Assembly: GCF_006345805.1 (NCBI RefSeq) | Contig: NW_021832009.1 | Coordinates: 1-62,843 of the forward strand | Direction of reading: 5' to 3' | DNA: 62,843 nt | DNA from: Octopus sinensis | Taxonomy: Eukaryota | Shown here: one piece after another, positions 28,495-41,912 of the stretch | Numbering within the stretch: the stretch's first letter is position 1 | How the letters are laid out: each line of letters starts with the position of its first letter | The notes under the pieces: generated by a model | What the model was told of the DNA's origin: nothing | Database searches by the model: none | What the model saw: only the letters and a program-made list of their open reading frames with translations | Made by a program: the position numbers and the translations under genes

Positions 28495-28711
28495 GGTATT
28501 AATTCATATTGTGTAATCCTTCAATGTAATGTTGAATTATGTTTATATATACCATGACATAAATCATACATCGAAATACATGTGTAAGTAAATGTGTGCA
28601 TTTACGAATGCATATATGTGTATGTGTTTGCAATGTATTGCCAAAGAAAATGGAGGTTAATATAGATTATAGTAAATTATCAATCAGTAAATGAAAATAA
28701 ATAAAATGGGA

Positions 28712-29010
28712 TCACTTAGAGGGCGCAAACATTAACCAAGGCAACCTTCTCGACGACTTGCCAGAAATGAATTTTAAAATGAGAGTGTCTAAAATAAATT
28801 CGACTGCTCTCGCAAGCGAGAATACTAAAACTGAACCCAACTGCTCTGAAAAATTAAGTAATAAAATGATCCAGAATCCTTGTTCGATACCGGATCGATC
28901 CCAAAATCTAATCAGTTCGTTCTATCTACGAGGCCAAACATCTCTGAAAGTTTCATCCGAATCCTTCTAGCAGTTCTTAGAAACAAAGACGACTGAAAAC
29001 GATATCTTTG
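28712..29010 (+). mobile_element. Probable Helentron-associated (HINE/DINE-like) non-autonomous element
   Basis: CACTTAGAGGGCGCAAAC..CCAAGGC start; ATCCAGAATCC..GGATCGATCCCAAAATCTAATCAGTTC..AAAGTTTCATCCGAATCC body, typical of this class. Confidence 0.45.
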
Positions 29011-29200
29011 TACACAAGACCATTTCAGGATTACTATATGAATAGCAAAGAAGTACTTTGTATCTCACAATACGTCACAGATTTATAACAAATAACAAAG
29101 AGCTATCAATATCATTGACTTGCAAAACACATGTGAGCATAGGACTGATAGAAGCTAGTGATTTTATTATGTATGCAACAGTCAACTTTGCAGTAAATCA

Positions 29201-29603
29201 GGCGCTGGAGTGGCTGTGTAGGAAGTAGCTGGCTTACCAACCACATGGTTCCGGGTTCAGTCCTACTGCGTGGCACCTTGGGAAAGTGTCTTCTACTATA
29301 GCCTCGGGCCGGCCAAAACCTTGTGAGTGGATTTGGCAGACGTAAACTGAAAGAAGCACGTCGTATATATGTATGTATGTGTATATGTTCGTGTGTCAGT
29401 TTGTCCCACACTAAGAATCGCTGGATAACCGATGCTGGTGTGTTTACGTCCCCGTAACTTAGCGATTCGGCAAAAATGACCGATAGAATAAGTACTACGC
29501 TTACAAAGAATAAGTCCTGGGGTCGGTTTGCTCGAGTAAGGGCGGTGCTCCTGCATGGCCGCAGTCAAATGACTGAAACAAGTTAAAGAATAAAAATGAG
29601 TAA
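29201..29603 (+). mobile_element. tRNA-derived SINE group A, full length
   Basis: GGCGCTGGAGTGGCTGTG..GGTTCAGTCC..GCACCTTGGGAAAGTGTCTT (CORE-like segment)..ATGACTGAAACAAG. Confidence 0.9.
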
Positions 29604-30076
29604 ACCTAGTCAGTGATATCGATTAGAAAGAGGTAACTTATTATTGAACACATCTACGACGAAGGACATTCTACAGATAAACATTCTCTACGTCAGTCTG
29701 TTATGTTGAATATATCCTGTTCTAACTTTAAGACGGCATGGTGCAACATACTGCAAGGCACTCTCTAACAGACCGAGCAGCAATATAGAAGCTCTCTCGG
29801 TGGATCATTAGTTAATCAGGGTAGTTGCTTCATCTGTATAAAAAAAATATTTATATAAAGCAAAAAAACTACAAACATAGATAGTATATACTTGCCATAG
29901 ACTCTTAACGAGCAGAGCACAGAGATATTACGTGAATGCAAGGGAAAAGCCTGAAGCAATAAAAGTTTAAGCACCGAGATAGACAGATTCATGGATACGT
30001 ATATACGTATGCACAATATAATCGCAATCATTCAGTCGTTTCTTCAATCTCTTAGTCTTTCTCACACACAGGTACA

Positions 30077-30112
<36 letters not shown>

Positions 30113-30163
30113 TGAAAATATGAGTGTGTGTTGTATATATATGTATATATATATATATATAAT

Positions 30164-30216
<53 letters not shown>

Positions 30217-30373
30217 CTCACTCACATACATACACATATACATAAAACTGTCAAAACGGCTATGTGTCTGTCTGTCCTTCAGTCTATCTATCTACCTACC
30301 TGTTTATTCCACCTGTTTATATATATATATATAAATATATGTGTGTGTATCTATATATATGTATATATATACG

Positions 30374-30439
<66 letters not shown>

Positions 30440-30915
30440 TATATATATGTGTGTGTGTGCATGTATGTATGTATAAGTACGTGTATGCATATGTATATGT
30501 GTATGTATGCATACATATATAAATATGTCTGATTCTGCGTACTTAATGCATATAGGCTTATGGATAATTCTATTTGCACATTAAGGAAATTTATTTTTCT
30601 GACAGTTACGTATCACATATTTATATTTGCTGTAAAAATCTTAAAATGTTGACTCGGCATTTCTTGATAGTAAAAAGCAACACGCTGAAAACTTGGCTGA
30701 TATCATTGTTGAATGATGATTCAATATGAAGAACCATAATATAATATATTATATATATATATATACAACTATATATACATATATATACATATATATATAT
30801 ATATTATATACAACTATATATATTTATTTATTTATTTATTTATTTATGTATGCTTATGTGCGTGTATTGGAATCTAAACACGAATTACTTAATTTTATAT
30901 AAATTTTATATAATA

Positions 30916-30947
<32 letters not shown>

Positions 30948-31143
30948 TAATTTTTGTCATAACATATATTATTTATTCTTTCTTTCTAGTCATTCGACAA
31001 CAGTAACTAGAACAACATCAAGAGCAAATAACTACAACAGTAATGGAATAAGAATAACATGACGATGATAATAACTAGAAAATAATGATCATAACACTAG
31101 CAGTAGCGTTATTATTATTGTTATTATTATTATTATTATTAGA

Positions 31144-31238
<95 letters not shown>

Positions 31239-31268
31239 CAGCAGCAGCAGTAGTAGTAAAAGTAGTAA

Positions 31269-31305
<37 letters not shown>

Positions 31306-31552
31306 CGTAACTTTTGCCATTATTTTTCATTACTATAGTTCTTTTAGTTTATGATATTACTGTTTGTTTTTGTTGTTTTTTTCTTTGAAAACATTTTTGT
31401 AATTCTTACCTCTTTTGTTGGGTTTTTTTTTTCTCTCGGCTTCTCCATTAGAAATCTTCATTGCACATTTCTTCCCATGCATCTAATTTTAATGTGGTTA
31501 CATTCCATATATTCATTATCATTACATATGTGTATATATATATGTATATAAC

Positions 31553-31587
<35 letters not shown>

Positions 31588-31658
31588 CATATAAATGAAT
31601 ATATATATGTATATATATATATGCATATATGTATAAATATGTATCCATATACATATAT

Positions 31659-31728
<70 letters not shown>

Positions 31729-31733
<5 letters not shown>

Positions 31734-31910
31734 TAATCCAAACAAGAAAACAAAAAGACAACACGCGAGGATGTGGAACAAATAAAGTATTATTGGACGC
31801 TCAGGAAAAGAGGGAAGAAGGAGGGTATGACGTTTCGAGCAGAGCTCTTTGTCGGAAACATAGGAGAAAGAAAGATCCCGAGGTAGGAGGACAGAGGGAA
31901 AAAAATGCAA
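31729..31910 (-). mobile_element. Short PLE-derived element, hammerhead family H2 (copy C)
   Basis: Hammerhead-like fold at 31825-31859 (GTTT-CCGACAA-A-GAGC(TCT)GCTC-GAAA-C-GTC-ATAC), CCTGAGCG..TAATAC motif, 3' end fused to a long (TA)n. Confidence 0.65.
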
Positions 31911-32124
31911 GTGGTCTTCACGAGGTCACATACTGAAAAGGCGGAAGTGGTAAACAAGAGGGAGCAAGGTTTTCAAAGACAGGAGAGCGGAATCAAAGAA
32001 GGAATGGTAAACAACGGTGTGTGTATATATATATATACATATATATGTATATATATTTAAGTCTACATATTTGTATATATATATTTAAATGTGTGTATGT
32101 GTGTCTGTTACTTTCTATTTCTCT

Positions 32125-33130
32125 TGCTGCACCACCAACGAAATTTTACCCCATAATCCGACATTCAGCGGGTGTTGAGAGTCTATGGACCACCCGACCA
32201 CTGGGAAGCGTCCATTCCACAGAATGTGGTAATATATAACAGAGGTAACGTAACCTTCGCCTATTTTTCCCTTTCGGTCCATTTCTGGGTGAGATTAGCA
32301 ACTCTATTCGTCACTGCGTTCCAGTTCTTCACCAGGAGGTCCCGACCAAGCTAGATCCCGAGCAAGTTAACTAGTCTCTCCATCCAGCGCCACACAACGT
32401 TATTGTTCGGCATGAACCTGCTTCTCTAGGTGCCAGGGTGTAAACCCACTGGCCTTTTTGGTTAATTTTGGCGCCTGTCACAGCGTCGTATACTTGTGTA
32501 ACAGTTCCCACTAGAACTACGTATCCTGTTTTCGATACTATGGTAATGACGTCGTCTAAATATGTCAACTTGGTTCTTCTACGTTCCAGTTCGCGCAGGA
32601 CGCCTCTTAACGTCTACAATTTCTGCTGTAGTGGCTCTAGAGCCAGTAAATACAGAAGAGACGAGAGCGGAAACACTTGATGGACTGAGCACAGGATATT
32701 CAATGATCCAGATAGGTACTACCCAGTAGATGTCACTGCATGTTGCAGCGACCCGACCACGGAAAACGGGACCGAAACTATCCGCCGTGAGATTGATCCA
32801 AATTGATGAGGGCCCCACTAATGGCAGCTTCTTTACTCACCCTTTCTATATTGTATTGCATGAAATGGAGGTTGTGGAAAGACCTGCTTGGGATGTCACA
32901 TATTTGCGCATACCAATAAGTTTTTCGGTAAGTGTTAACCCGTTTTGAAACACTTTAGCCCAAATTTCGAAGTCTGCCTTCAGCATGGTGTATGGTCCCC
33001 CTTGGTTGGGTCGTTTCTGAGCAGTACCACCACTCCTCAACTCACAGAACTAGGCATTCCTTGTTCTGCTGCCAGTATCGACAGTTGAATGCTAAGAAGC
33101 AGCGAAGCAAGTCTGGCTTATAGAAGTGAA
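32125..33130 (-). mobile_element. Tx1/L1-clade LINE RT-domain fragment (frameshifted)
   Basis: Ordered remnants: PYTMLKADFEIWAKV (RPITLLNxDxKIxAK), IPSRSFHNLHFMQYNIERV..GALINLDQS, FGPVFRG, YLDDVIT (YADD), YDAVTGAKIN. Confidence 0.85.
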
Positions 33131-33226
33131 GTTTATAGGGCAGACTATTCAGTAAATCTAATTTGATTTGTTTTGATATTTGATTTGAGTTTGTGTGGCC
33201 TATATATTATATATATATATATATAG

Positions 33227-33260
<34 letters not shown>

Positions 33261-33302
33261 TATATATATAGATATATATATATAGATAGATAGTAGAGAG
33301 AT

Positions 33303-33391
<89 letters not shown>

Positions 33392-33826
33392 CGTAAAAAA
33401 ATGAATAAATATCTTGTACGGGATAATGATTTATTAGAAAGCTTTAAAAATATCATTTGTAGCTTCTTTAAATATTCATACACGAATATTGACGTCAATT
33501 CATATGTTTGTGCATATAAATGTACATCAATATACGTCTATATTTATGTCCATACACACACACACACACTGCAGATATGTTTGTATATACGAATGTATAC
33601 ATATATTTTGTTAGCTTGCATCTTGCCTTTAGTCGTTTTGATTAGCGGTTACGGCGAAACATTTTGTAGCTTCTAAAACAATCGTCACTTTCAAATATAT
33701 GCTTGCGTGTATTTATGTACGTGTATATTTGTATGGCTGTGTGTGTGTGTACTTATATCTGTGTGAGTAAAACGTAGGTCAGAGTGAGTGTGAGAATGAA
33801 ATATAACCGTGTGTGTTGGGCAAGGG

Positions 33827-33883
<57 letters not shown>

Positions 33884-34457
33884 ACAAGATAGAGAGAAGG
33901 TGAAAGAGAAAAAGTGGTAGAGAGAGAGAGAGATAGAGCTCCAAAATGAGAAAGGTGAAGCATTACATTAGTACGTGTGGAAGTTAAAATGAGTATGCAT
34001 TAACCTAAATGTACATCACTATAATAAAAACCGGTTTTTCTAAAAGAGGAAGAATAGTCTTCAAAATAAATAAACAAATAAAGAGATAACAAAAAGTAAA
34101 AATATAGCAGGGAGAGAAAAAAAACTGACTTAATTCCGTTAAAACATCGCTGATATGGGAAAATTTATGAGCGACGTCTTTTGATTGCAAATCTTTCTAC
34201 TTTTATTTATATCTTTGCAAATCCGTATTTTATACTATCCTTTTTTATCGGTTTTTTTCTTTAAACACCCCAAAAAGATCTACTCTCGCAGGTATACACA
34301 TACGGCTCTGATACACACATACATACATACGTACATACATACATACATACATACATACATACATACATACATACATACATACATACGTACATACACACAC
34401 ATGTATATATATATACATATATATATACGTATATCTATCTATCTATCTATCAATCAA

Positions 34458-34488
<31 letters not shown>

Positions 34489-34949
34489 TATATATATGTA
34501 TGTATGTATACGTATATATATATACATGTGTGTATATATATGTATATATATATGTATGTATATATAAACACACACATACAGACATATGCATATATATGTG
34601 TGTGTGTGTGAATATGTGTTAGTGTATATATGTGAGTGTTTGTGTGTATGTCTATGTGTGTGTGTGTTTGCGCGTGTGTGTGTGAGTGTGTGTGTATGAA
34701 TGTACGTTTAAATACGCCATGCATAAACGTGTAGGAAAGTATGAAATTGGCCTTTACTACTCATCGAACGAAGGGCGTGGAATTCGGTGTAAACGATTGA
34801 GAAGAGTTACTGTGTTGCTTCAATGCTATCTAAATTTGGTAATTCGCTGTATAAATCCGCTCAGTTCTCAGCATCCTATCGATATCATTTTCAGGAAGTG
34901 AGTAAACTAAATAGCAATATCGATTAATAGTGCTGATGATGTTAATAAA

Positions 34950-35810
34950 CTGGAAGAGTCGTTAGCACGTCTGACAAAATCATTAGCGGCATTGCTTCTG
35001 GCTCATTCACGTTCCGAGTTCAGATATCACTGAAGTCATCTTTGCTTTTTCCTCCTTCTTTGATTGACAAAATAAAATAATAGTCATGAATTGACGTTAA
35101 TCTTATCATTGCGGATTAACACTCCTTGTGATTAAATAGAGACGATTATCGTTGCTGATGCTAAGACAGCGATCTGGCAGAGTTTTTACCACTCCGAGAT
35201 GGCGAGCTGGTAGACTCGTTAGCGTGCCGGGCGATATGCTTGGCAAAATTTCGTCAGCCATTACGTTCTCTGTTCAAATTCCGCCGGGGTTGACTTTGCC
35301 TTTCATCCTTTCGGGGTCGATAAATTAAGTACCAGTTACGCACTGGAGTCGATGTAATCGACTTACTCCCTTTGTCTGTCTTTGTTTGTCCCCTGTATGC
35401 TTAGCTCCTTGTGGGCAATAAAGAAATAAGAAACGTTACCATGCCGGGTTAAATGCTTAGCGGTATTTCGTCTGTCTTTTTGTTCTGAGTTCAAATACCG
35501 CCGAGGTCGACTTTGCATTTTTTCCTTTGGGGATCGATAAATTAAGTAGCAGTTGCGTGCTGAGATCGATCTAATTGACTGGCCCCTCCCCAAAATTTCG
35601 GGCCTTGTGCCAAGAGGAGAAAAGATTTTTTGTCACTCCTGACAAACTGCTTAATGGCATATCTTCCGTCTTTACGTTCTGAGGTCAAATTCTGCCGTGG
35701 TCGATTTTACCTTTCACCTTTTAAGGGTCTGTTGAGTAGCTGCACGTTAAGTACTGGAATCTGTTTACACGAGTGGCTCCTTCCCTTAAAATTGTTAGCC
35801 TTGTGCCATT
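34950..35810 (+). mobile_element. Cluster of SINE group B copies of different ages
   Basis: At least four B-box plus CCTTTCATCC..GATAAATTAAGTA units. The best preserved is a dimer at 35200-35625. Confidence 0.8.
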
Positions 35811-35948
35811 ATTGACGATTTTTTAAGGTGCCGAAGAGGCAGTCTTTAATGCCTCCTGCAAAATGACTCGCATTAAGTCTTTCGATTCTTTATATTTTCA
35901 TGTCGAATTTGGTGTGCGCGTGCGAATCACTCTCTTTCTCTCTCTCCA

Positions 35949-35999
<51 letters not shown>

Positions 36000-36074
36000 A
36001 TCTATCTATCTGTCTATCGAGCCAGCTTTCTGTCTATCTATCTATCTGTCTATCGAGCCAGCTTTCTATCTATG

Positions 36075-36165
<91 letters not shown>

Positions 36166-36350
36166 ATATATATATATATTTATTCATCTACCTATAGAGC
36201 CATCAATCTGTCTATATGAGGTATACATAAGTAGATATATAGATACTAACATACGGCTTAATGGCTGCGGTATTCGGCTCACAATTTTAACGCCGTTTGT
36301 TTAATTGCTGGCGGCATAAGTATATGTATTGATAGGTTTGTATTTATATA

Positions 36351-36911
36351 TTGTCCGGAAAGTTCGAGCCGATTTTTAAAGGAAAGACAAAGGTTAATAA
36401 ATACTTGCCATAACATTTTAAATCTACCAAATGTGAACCATTTTGTTGCACAATGCGTCTCCAGCTTTCCTTTAACTTGAAAATACCCTCTTCCCAGAAT
36501 TAAGGTGGTTTCATGGCAAAGAATTCATCAAGGTATCTTTTTGCGTCATCCAATGAATTGAATTTTTTACCATTAAGATTATTCTGCAGAGACCCGAATA
36601 AGTGGAAATCCGAAGGAGCAATATCTTGTGAATATGGAGGGTGGGGTAACACACCCCACCCGAGCTGCAGCAATTTTTGTTTGGTTCCCAAAGCATTATG
36701 TGCCGAAAATGAACTTTCTTATCTTCCATTTTAAAGGGTTACAGAATTAACACAGGTTATAGGAACATAAACCTTCTTCCCCGAAAAGATAGCTTAAAAT
36801 GTGCCCTAAATGGAGGTGTAGTCAAATCCTATTTTATAAACTCAACCAAGTTCTAAAATAAGTCGAAAGGTAAGCTTCTATAAATCGGCATGAACTTTCC
36901 GGACAACCCAA
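36351..36911 (-). mobile_element. Internally deleted mariner (Tc1/mariner) DNA transposon
   Basis: TIRs TTGTCCGGAAAGTTCGAGCCGATTT / AAATCGGCATGAACTTTCCGGACAACCCAA flanked by TA. Transposase N-terminus MEDKKVHFRH is joined to C-terminus LLQLGWGVLPHPPYSQDIAPSDFHLF..FWEEGIFKLKESWRRIVQQNG (YSPDLAPSD motif). Confidence 0.93.
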
Positions 36912-38547
36912 TATTTATATATGTATTTACAAATATATATAAACATGAGTTTTGTTGCTTCTCTCTCTTTTAATAGTTCACCTAATGAATTAAATATATA
37001 AAACAATTAAGACCGAATCTTATCCAAACAAGATCAGTGTTTCGTGTAGAAATTTTCTTTACATTTGTTCCGTCACAGCAATTATGATTATAATTGTCTG
37101 ACTAAGATATTTCATCTAGTTTTATTAAAGAAACATTTCTTCTCGCTATAATCCTAACTTCAATTCATAAATTACGCTTTTATGTCTATTCAACAATTTG
37201 TGTTCCCATTCATTCAATTATTTTCAAAAAGATTTCATGTTGTAATTATGTGTTTTGTCTTTGTTAAGGATCTCTTTCTTTAAACTCATTCATAGATATC
37301 TGTTTTTTTTTTTTTATTTGCCACCCTAACCTCTGACCATTAAGAAATGAAAAAGAAAAACAAAATTAAAAATAAAATAAAAGAAAACAAGTATGTGAAT
37401 AAATTAATAAATGTTTCGCGAGGCTTTTACTTACGTGAGTATATATAATGTATGCATGTATATATAATGTATATATAATGTATATATAATGTATGCATGT
37501 ACACAGTCACTGAGGTGCATTTATCTGTCTGCTTACGTATATGTGCACATATATGTACATGCATGTATGTATAAGTATGTGTATATATCTATATATTCAG
37601 TCAAAGACACATCCGTATGTGCGTACATACACGCATATATATGAGTGTGCCTGTGCTTATGTATATATTTTTATATACACTTAGTTGAAGTTTTTGTGTG
37701 CGTGTGTGTATTACATAAAAATGTAGAAATATAAGTAAGAGTGTGTATATATATATATATATATATATAGTTAATCCAAACATATATATACACTTAGTTG
37801 ATATCTCTGTGTGCGTGTGTATACATAAAAATGTAGAAATATAAGTATGTGTATATATATATGTATGTATGTATATATGTTTGCGTGTTCTTGTGTTTCC
37901 ATGTATGTCTGTGTAAGATTATCTGCTGTGTGTATATGAGAGAGTTTATCTGGTGTATATGTGTGAGCGTCTATGTGGTGAGTGTGTGTGTGTTTGTGTG
38001 TGAGCGCGCGTTTATATCTATATAATGCGTCATGACAAGGGGACCCGATCTCCTTTGCAAAAGACGAGACATCGCCTTTGTCGAATAGAACACCAACCTT
38101 CAGCCAATGTTGATGGCTGACAAAACATTAAAAAGGTGACTAATCAGAGTTCTTTTATGAACAAATAGGCCCTAACTATCAAATTAAACATCCTAAAATC
38201 CCTTCCCTATTACTCCAAAACGCATCACCTAACTACTGTTTACCTTATTTGGTAATATATTCAGAGCGTCAGGCGTCACCTATGGGATATTAAAATGAAC
38301 ACAGATTTATGAAAGTCGGTGACAAATAAAGTATTTGCTATGAATAAACACTTGACCGTGTAGTGAAGGCGGAGGGGAATATGAAGTTGAATGGTGGAGA
38401 TATTATCTCTTGTTATCTCTAAGTCTCTCTACATGGATTCTGTAGCCAGTGGATGAGTTCTTGATCTCCTTGAAAGTGTAGCTGAAATCCCCTTCAATTT
38501 CAAACTGTCGTCTTCAAATGCTTCATGCATAATAGTTATCTAACGTA

Positions 38548-38755
38548 TATTCTTTTATTCTTTTATTCTTTTACTTGTTTCAGTCAATTTGGGTGTGGCC
38601 GTGCTGGAGCACCGCCTTTAGTCGAATAAACTGACCCAGGACTTATACTTTGTAAGCATGAAATTTATTCCATCGGTCTCTTTTACCGAACTGCTACGTT
38701 TCGGGGACAAAACACACCAGTATCGGGGATGGGGGAGGACAAACACAGAGACACA
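38548..38755 (-). mobile_element. SINE group A, 3' half
   Basis: TTTTACTTGTTTCAGTCA..GCTGGAGCACCGCCTTTAGTCG..ACACCAG..ACAAACACAG. Confidence 0.85.
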
Positions 38756-38841
38756 CATACATATACATAAACATATATATATATACATATAATACATATA
38801 ATATATATATATATATCTATATATATATATATATATATATA

Positions 38842-39088
38842 TTTCGTATTTGAATTTGGTTTGCAAGATTCTTTATATGAGTTCGTGTGTTGAAGCATAT
38901 TCTGATGTGTCTGGGGATAGTCATTTTCTTTTGTGCTTTATAATGTAACACACTCACCAGTAAAATTTCCACTTATTTCTTATTTTTATCTTCCTAAAAT
39001 TTTGGTTGCGTCTTGCAACCTTTTCAATAGTTTTGAAAAGTTGCAAGACGCAAAAATAAAATGGCTATCCCCAGACACAACAGAATAT
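38842..39088. mobile_element. PLE-like element with internal inversion, in (TA)n
   Basis: Two nested inverted-repeat pairs (about 38897-38927/39058-39088 and 39006-39027/39033-39053). Both ends abut (TA)n. Confidence 0.5.
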
Positions 39089-39115
39089 ATATATATATAT
39101 ATATATCTATATATA

Positions 39116-39277
39116 TATATTGTATACAGGGCATTATTACACATAAATGCCTCACGCTAAGAGGGACATAAGTCATTACTACCAAAATTTAACTAATCGT
39201 ACCCAAATTTTGGTAGTAATGACTTATGTCCCTCTTAGCGGAGGCATTTATGTGTATAATGCCCTCTATACAATATA
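39116..39277. repeat. Inverted repeat, ~74-bp arms, 14-nt spacer
   Basis: 39116-39190 is the near-exact reverse complement of 39205-39277. Confidence 0.9.
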
Positions 39278-39401
39278 AATTAATATTTTCAAAAGGAGAA
39301 AAATTATTTTCGAATTTTTTTCTCTTATGAGGTTTTTCACGCTAACTACCTGATAATTTCTTGTTAAGATTCCTTATTAAGAAGTTATCCTTAATTGTCA
39401 A

Positions 39402-39434
<33 letters not shown>

Positions 39435-39479
39435 TATTTACACATCCTTTATTTTCTCTCCTTGTTTCTTTTTGTGTTC

Positions 39480-39515
39480 GTTTCTGTGGAAGAACTTAGG
39501 CTCGAAACGTTAAAG
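39480..39515 (+). ncRNA. Hammerhead motif family H1 (copy D), core CUGUGGA
   Basis: GTTT-CTGTGGA-A-GAAC(TTAG)GCTC-GAAA-C-GTT-AAAG, one mismatch in stem II. Flanks 39441-39531 match copy A. Confidence 0.55.
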
Positions 39516-41435
39516 ACTTTTTCACTTCCCGGCATGAAAAACGAAAAGCCATGGCTTGGATAGGCAGATGACGTGGCATGACTGGAGCTAAGAAACATCA
39601 ACTCTATCTGCCATGAAAAGAGGAGATAGAATGATAACAACAACTTCTAATGACATCATTTTACTACAAAGATCCATGCAAAGTTTTTAAAATTTTACCT
39701 GAATAGATAACAACAAAACATTATGTTATTCACTCATTTTTCCTAAGAGAATCCCGAAGGATGTGAGAAATTTTCTCATACAAAATTAATCTTGTTTTGA
39801 ACATCAATGTCCATTTTAAACCGAGGTTCATTTCCAGTTTTTCTTGGGTCAACCGAAGTGAAACGAATTTTCACCGCAAAGAGATCATTGTCGCATATAG
39901 GCTTTATTTTTCTTAGGCAGTCGTCCCAACAACACAAGGTATCGCTTCTTAAATCGATAATACTTAAACGCATAGTCTGGTACCGATTTACATCCGAGAT
40001 AATCGTTCCGTCTCTAACAACCAAGTCTCCTTCAAATTCATATTAAATATTACGTTACCTTCTTAAATAATAAAGCCCCGTTGGAGTTCCTTGGCAATGG
40101 CATAGATGACAGACTTGTCATCATTGGAATCCCTTTGAATGTATATCTGTTCACTCAGGGTGGATTTGGGATTAAACAACAATTAAATATATTTACTGTT
40201 CAGTGGACAATTGAGAATTTGCATCACAGAGTAGGTAATTTGAAGTCGTTAGTTTCAAATTAGAGACTGATTTTGGCACAAAATTCTATCGTTCATTTTC
40301 TAAATGCAATTGGAACGTGACAAAAGAAATACCAGCTATGTGGTTAGGTTGATTTACTTGAGACGACACATCAGCCTACAAACTTACAGTGTTTGTATAC
40401 TCAATATTCGGCGGTTTTTCTGTCACCACGCCCATTTTTATTTTCGATATCCCTTTTTCTTTTCTCACTCTCTTTCCTCCAGCTGTTTATTTATCCCCCA
40501 GTTTTCGCGATCCTGATGTAAAGAAATAGAATTCTTTCTTTGACTAGCATTTCTTTGATTCTCTGATGTTTTCTCTCCCTACGTCTGAAGAAGTTACTAC
40601 TTTCACTATATAACTTACATCTACACTCACACAAGAACATACACAAACTTTCTTTACCCTTCCCCTTCTCTATCCCTCTCGTTCTCACTCTCAGAAACAT
40701 ACCTTCTCTAACGCACACAATCGGTCTCTCTCACCTCCCATTCTCTCGCTCTCTCAAACACATACACACACTCACTCCCACAAACAAACATTAACTTCCT
40801 TTATATTCACACCTCGTTCCTCCAAACTTCAGTTTCTCTTCTTATTTATTGACCAAAATCCAAACCGAAACAAAATGAAAAACTATTTGTAAGAAATAAT
40901 ATTTCATATACAACCCTACCTCATCCACATTTTCAAACTCAATACAAGTCCATTAATTATATCGTCAGTTTTGCAAATATTTTATTCCATGAAACACCAT
41001 ATTTTTTTTTTACATTTTTTCTTATTTCTTTATTTTTTAAAATTAAATTTTACTTCTCATTCTTTTCACTTTTACCTAGCGCGCTTTCACGTCCAATTAT
41101 ATGTGTTTTGTTGATTTTAAACATAAAAAATATACGTATATGTTATTCCTCAGAATACATAAATATATTTTTTTTAAATCCACAAAATGCAGTTGTTTCA
41201 TAGTGAAATTTCAATGGAGTTAGGTCTCCAATTTCCACCATTTTCTCTATTCTATTTATCACTGTCCTCATTCAAAGACAGTAGCAATCTGCCGTAATTG
41301 TTATACCAAATATCTTCGCAAAACTCATTCACTATCACTCAGTCAGATCTTTTGATCCCACCATTTCTTTTTCATAATATACTTCTTTTTGTCTGGGCGA
41401 GTACAGAATTAATATTATTATTATTATTATTATTA

Positions 41436-41875
41436 CTTTTTTTTTCTTCTTCTTTCAAATTTGCTTCCATTTCTTGCCGAGTGTCTTCCCGACTCCTAGG
41501 GCAAAGAAACTCATAGTATACATTGGTAGGCCATTAAACCAAACTCAGTAGTTCGTTAACTTAAAAAAAAAATTTTTTTTAAGTTAAATTAAAATACATG
41601 AGCAGCAATGCTCTTCTCAATACGTGTGATGTACCAGTTAAGACAATCTTTTGCACTTCTTGCAGGGATGGTAAGCCAGGGATCATTCTCATATAATTTT
41701 CGGTTCCCTTCTTGATTATTCCTAGTGCTCTTACGATCACTGGTATTGTAACCGCCTTGAGATGCCACATTTTCTCAATTTCAATGAGTAGGTCTTTATA
41801 TTTTCTGAGCTTGTCAAACTCTTTTGCTGAGATATTATGATCACAGGGAATGCTCATGTTGATCAATAAGCAAAC

Positions 41876-41877
<2 letters not shown>
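41436..41877 (-). mobile_element. Dong/R4-clade LINE, 5'-truncated 3' end
   Basis: Restriction-like-endonuclease C-terminus SIPCDHNISAKEFDKLRKYKDLLIEIEKMWHLKAVTIPVIVRALG..QKIVLTGTSHVLRRAL plus 3' UTR, with (TAA)n on both sides. Confidence 0.88.

Positions 41878-41912
<35 letters not shown>

Noticed and set aside
39776-40024. IIDLRSDT peptide resembling the threonine aldolase N-terminus
   Set aside because: Similarity stops after 7 residues and there are no supporting splice sites; likely chance or decayed repeat.
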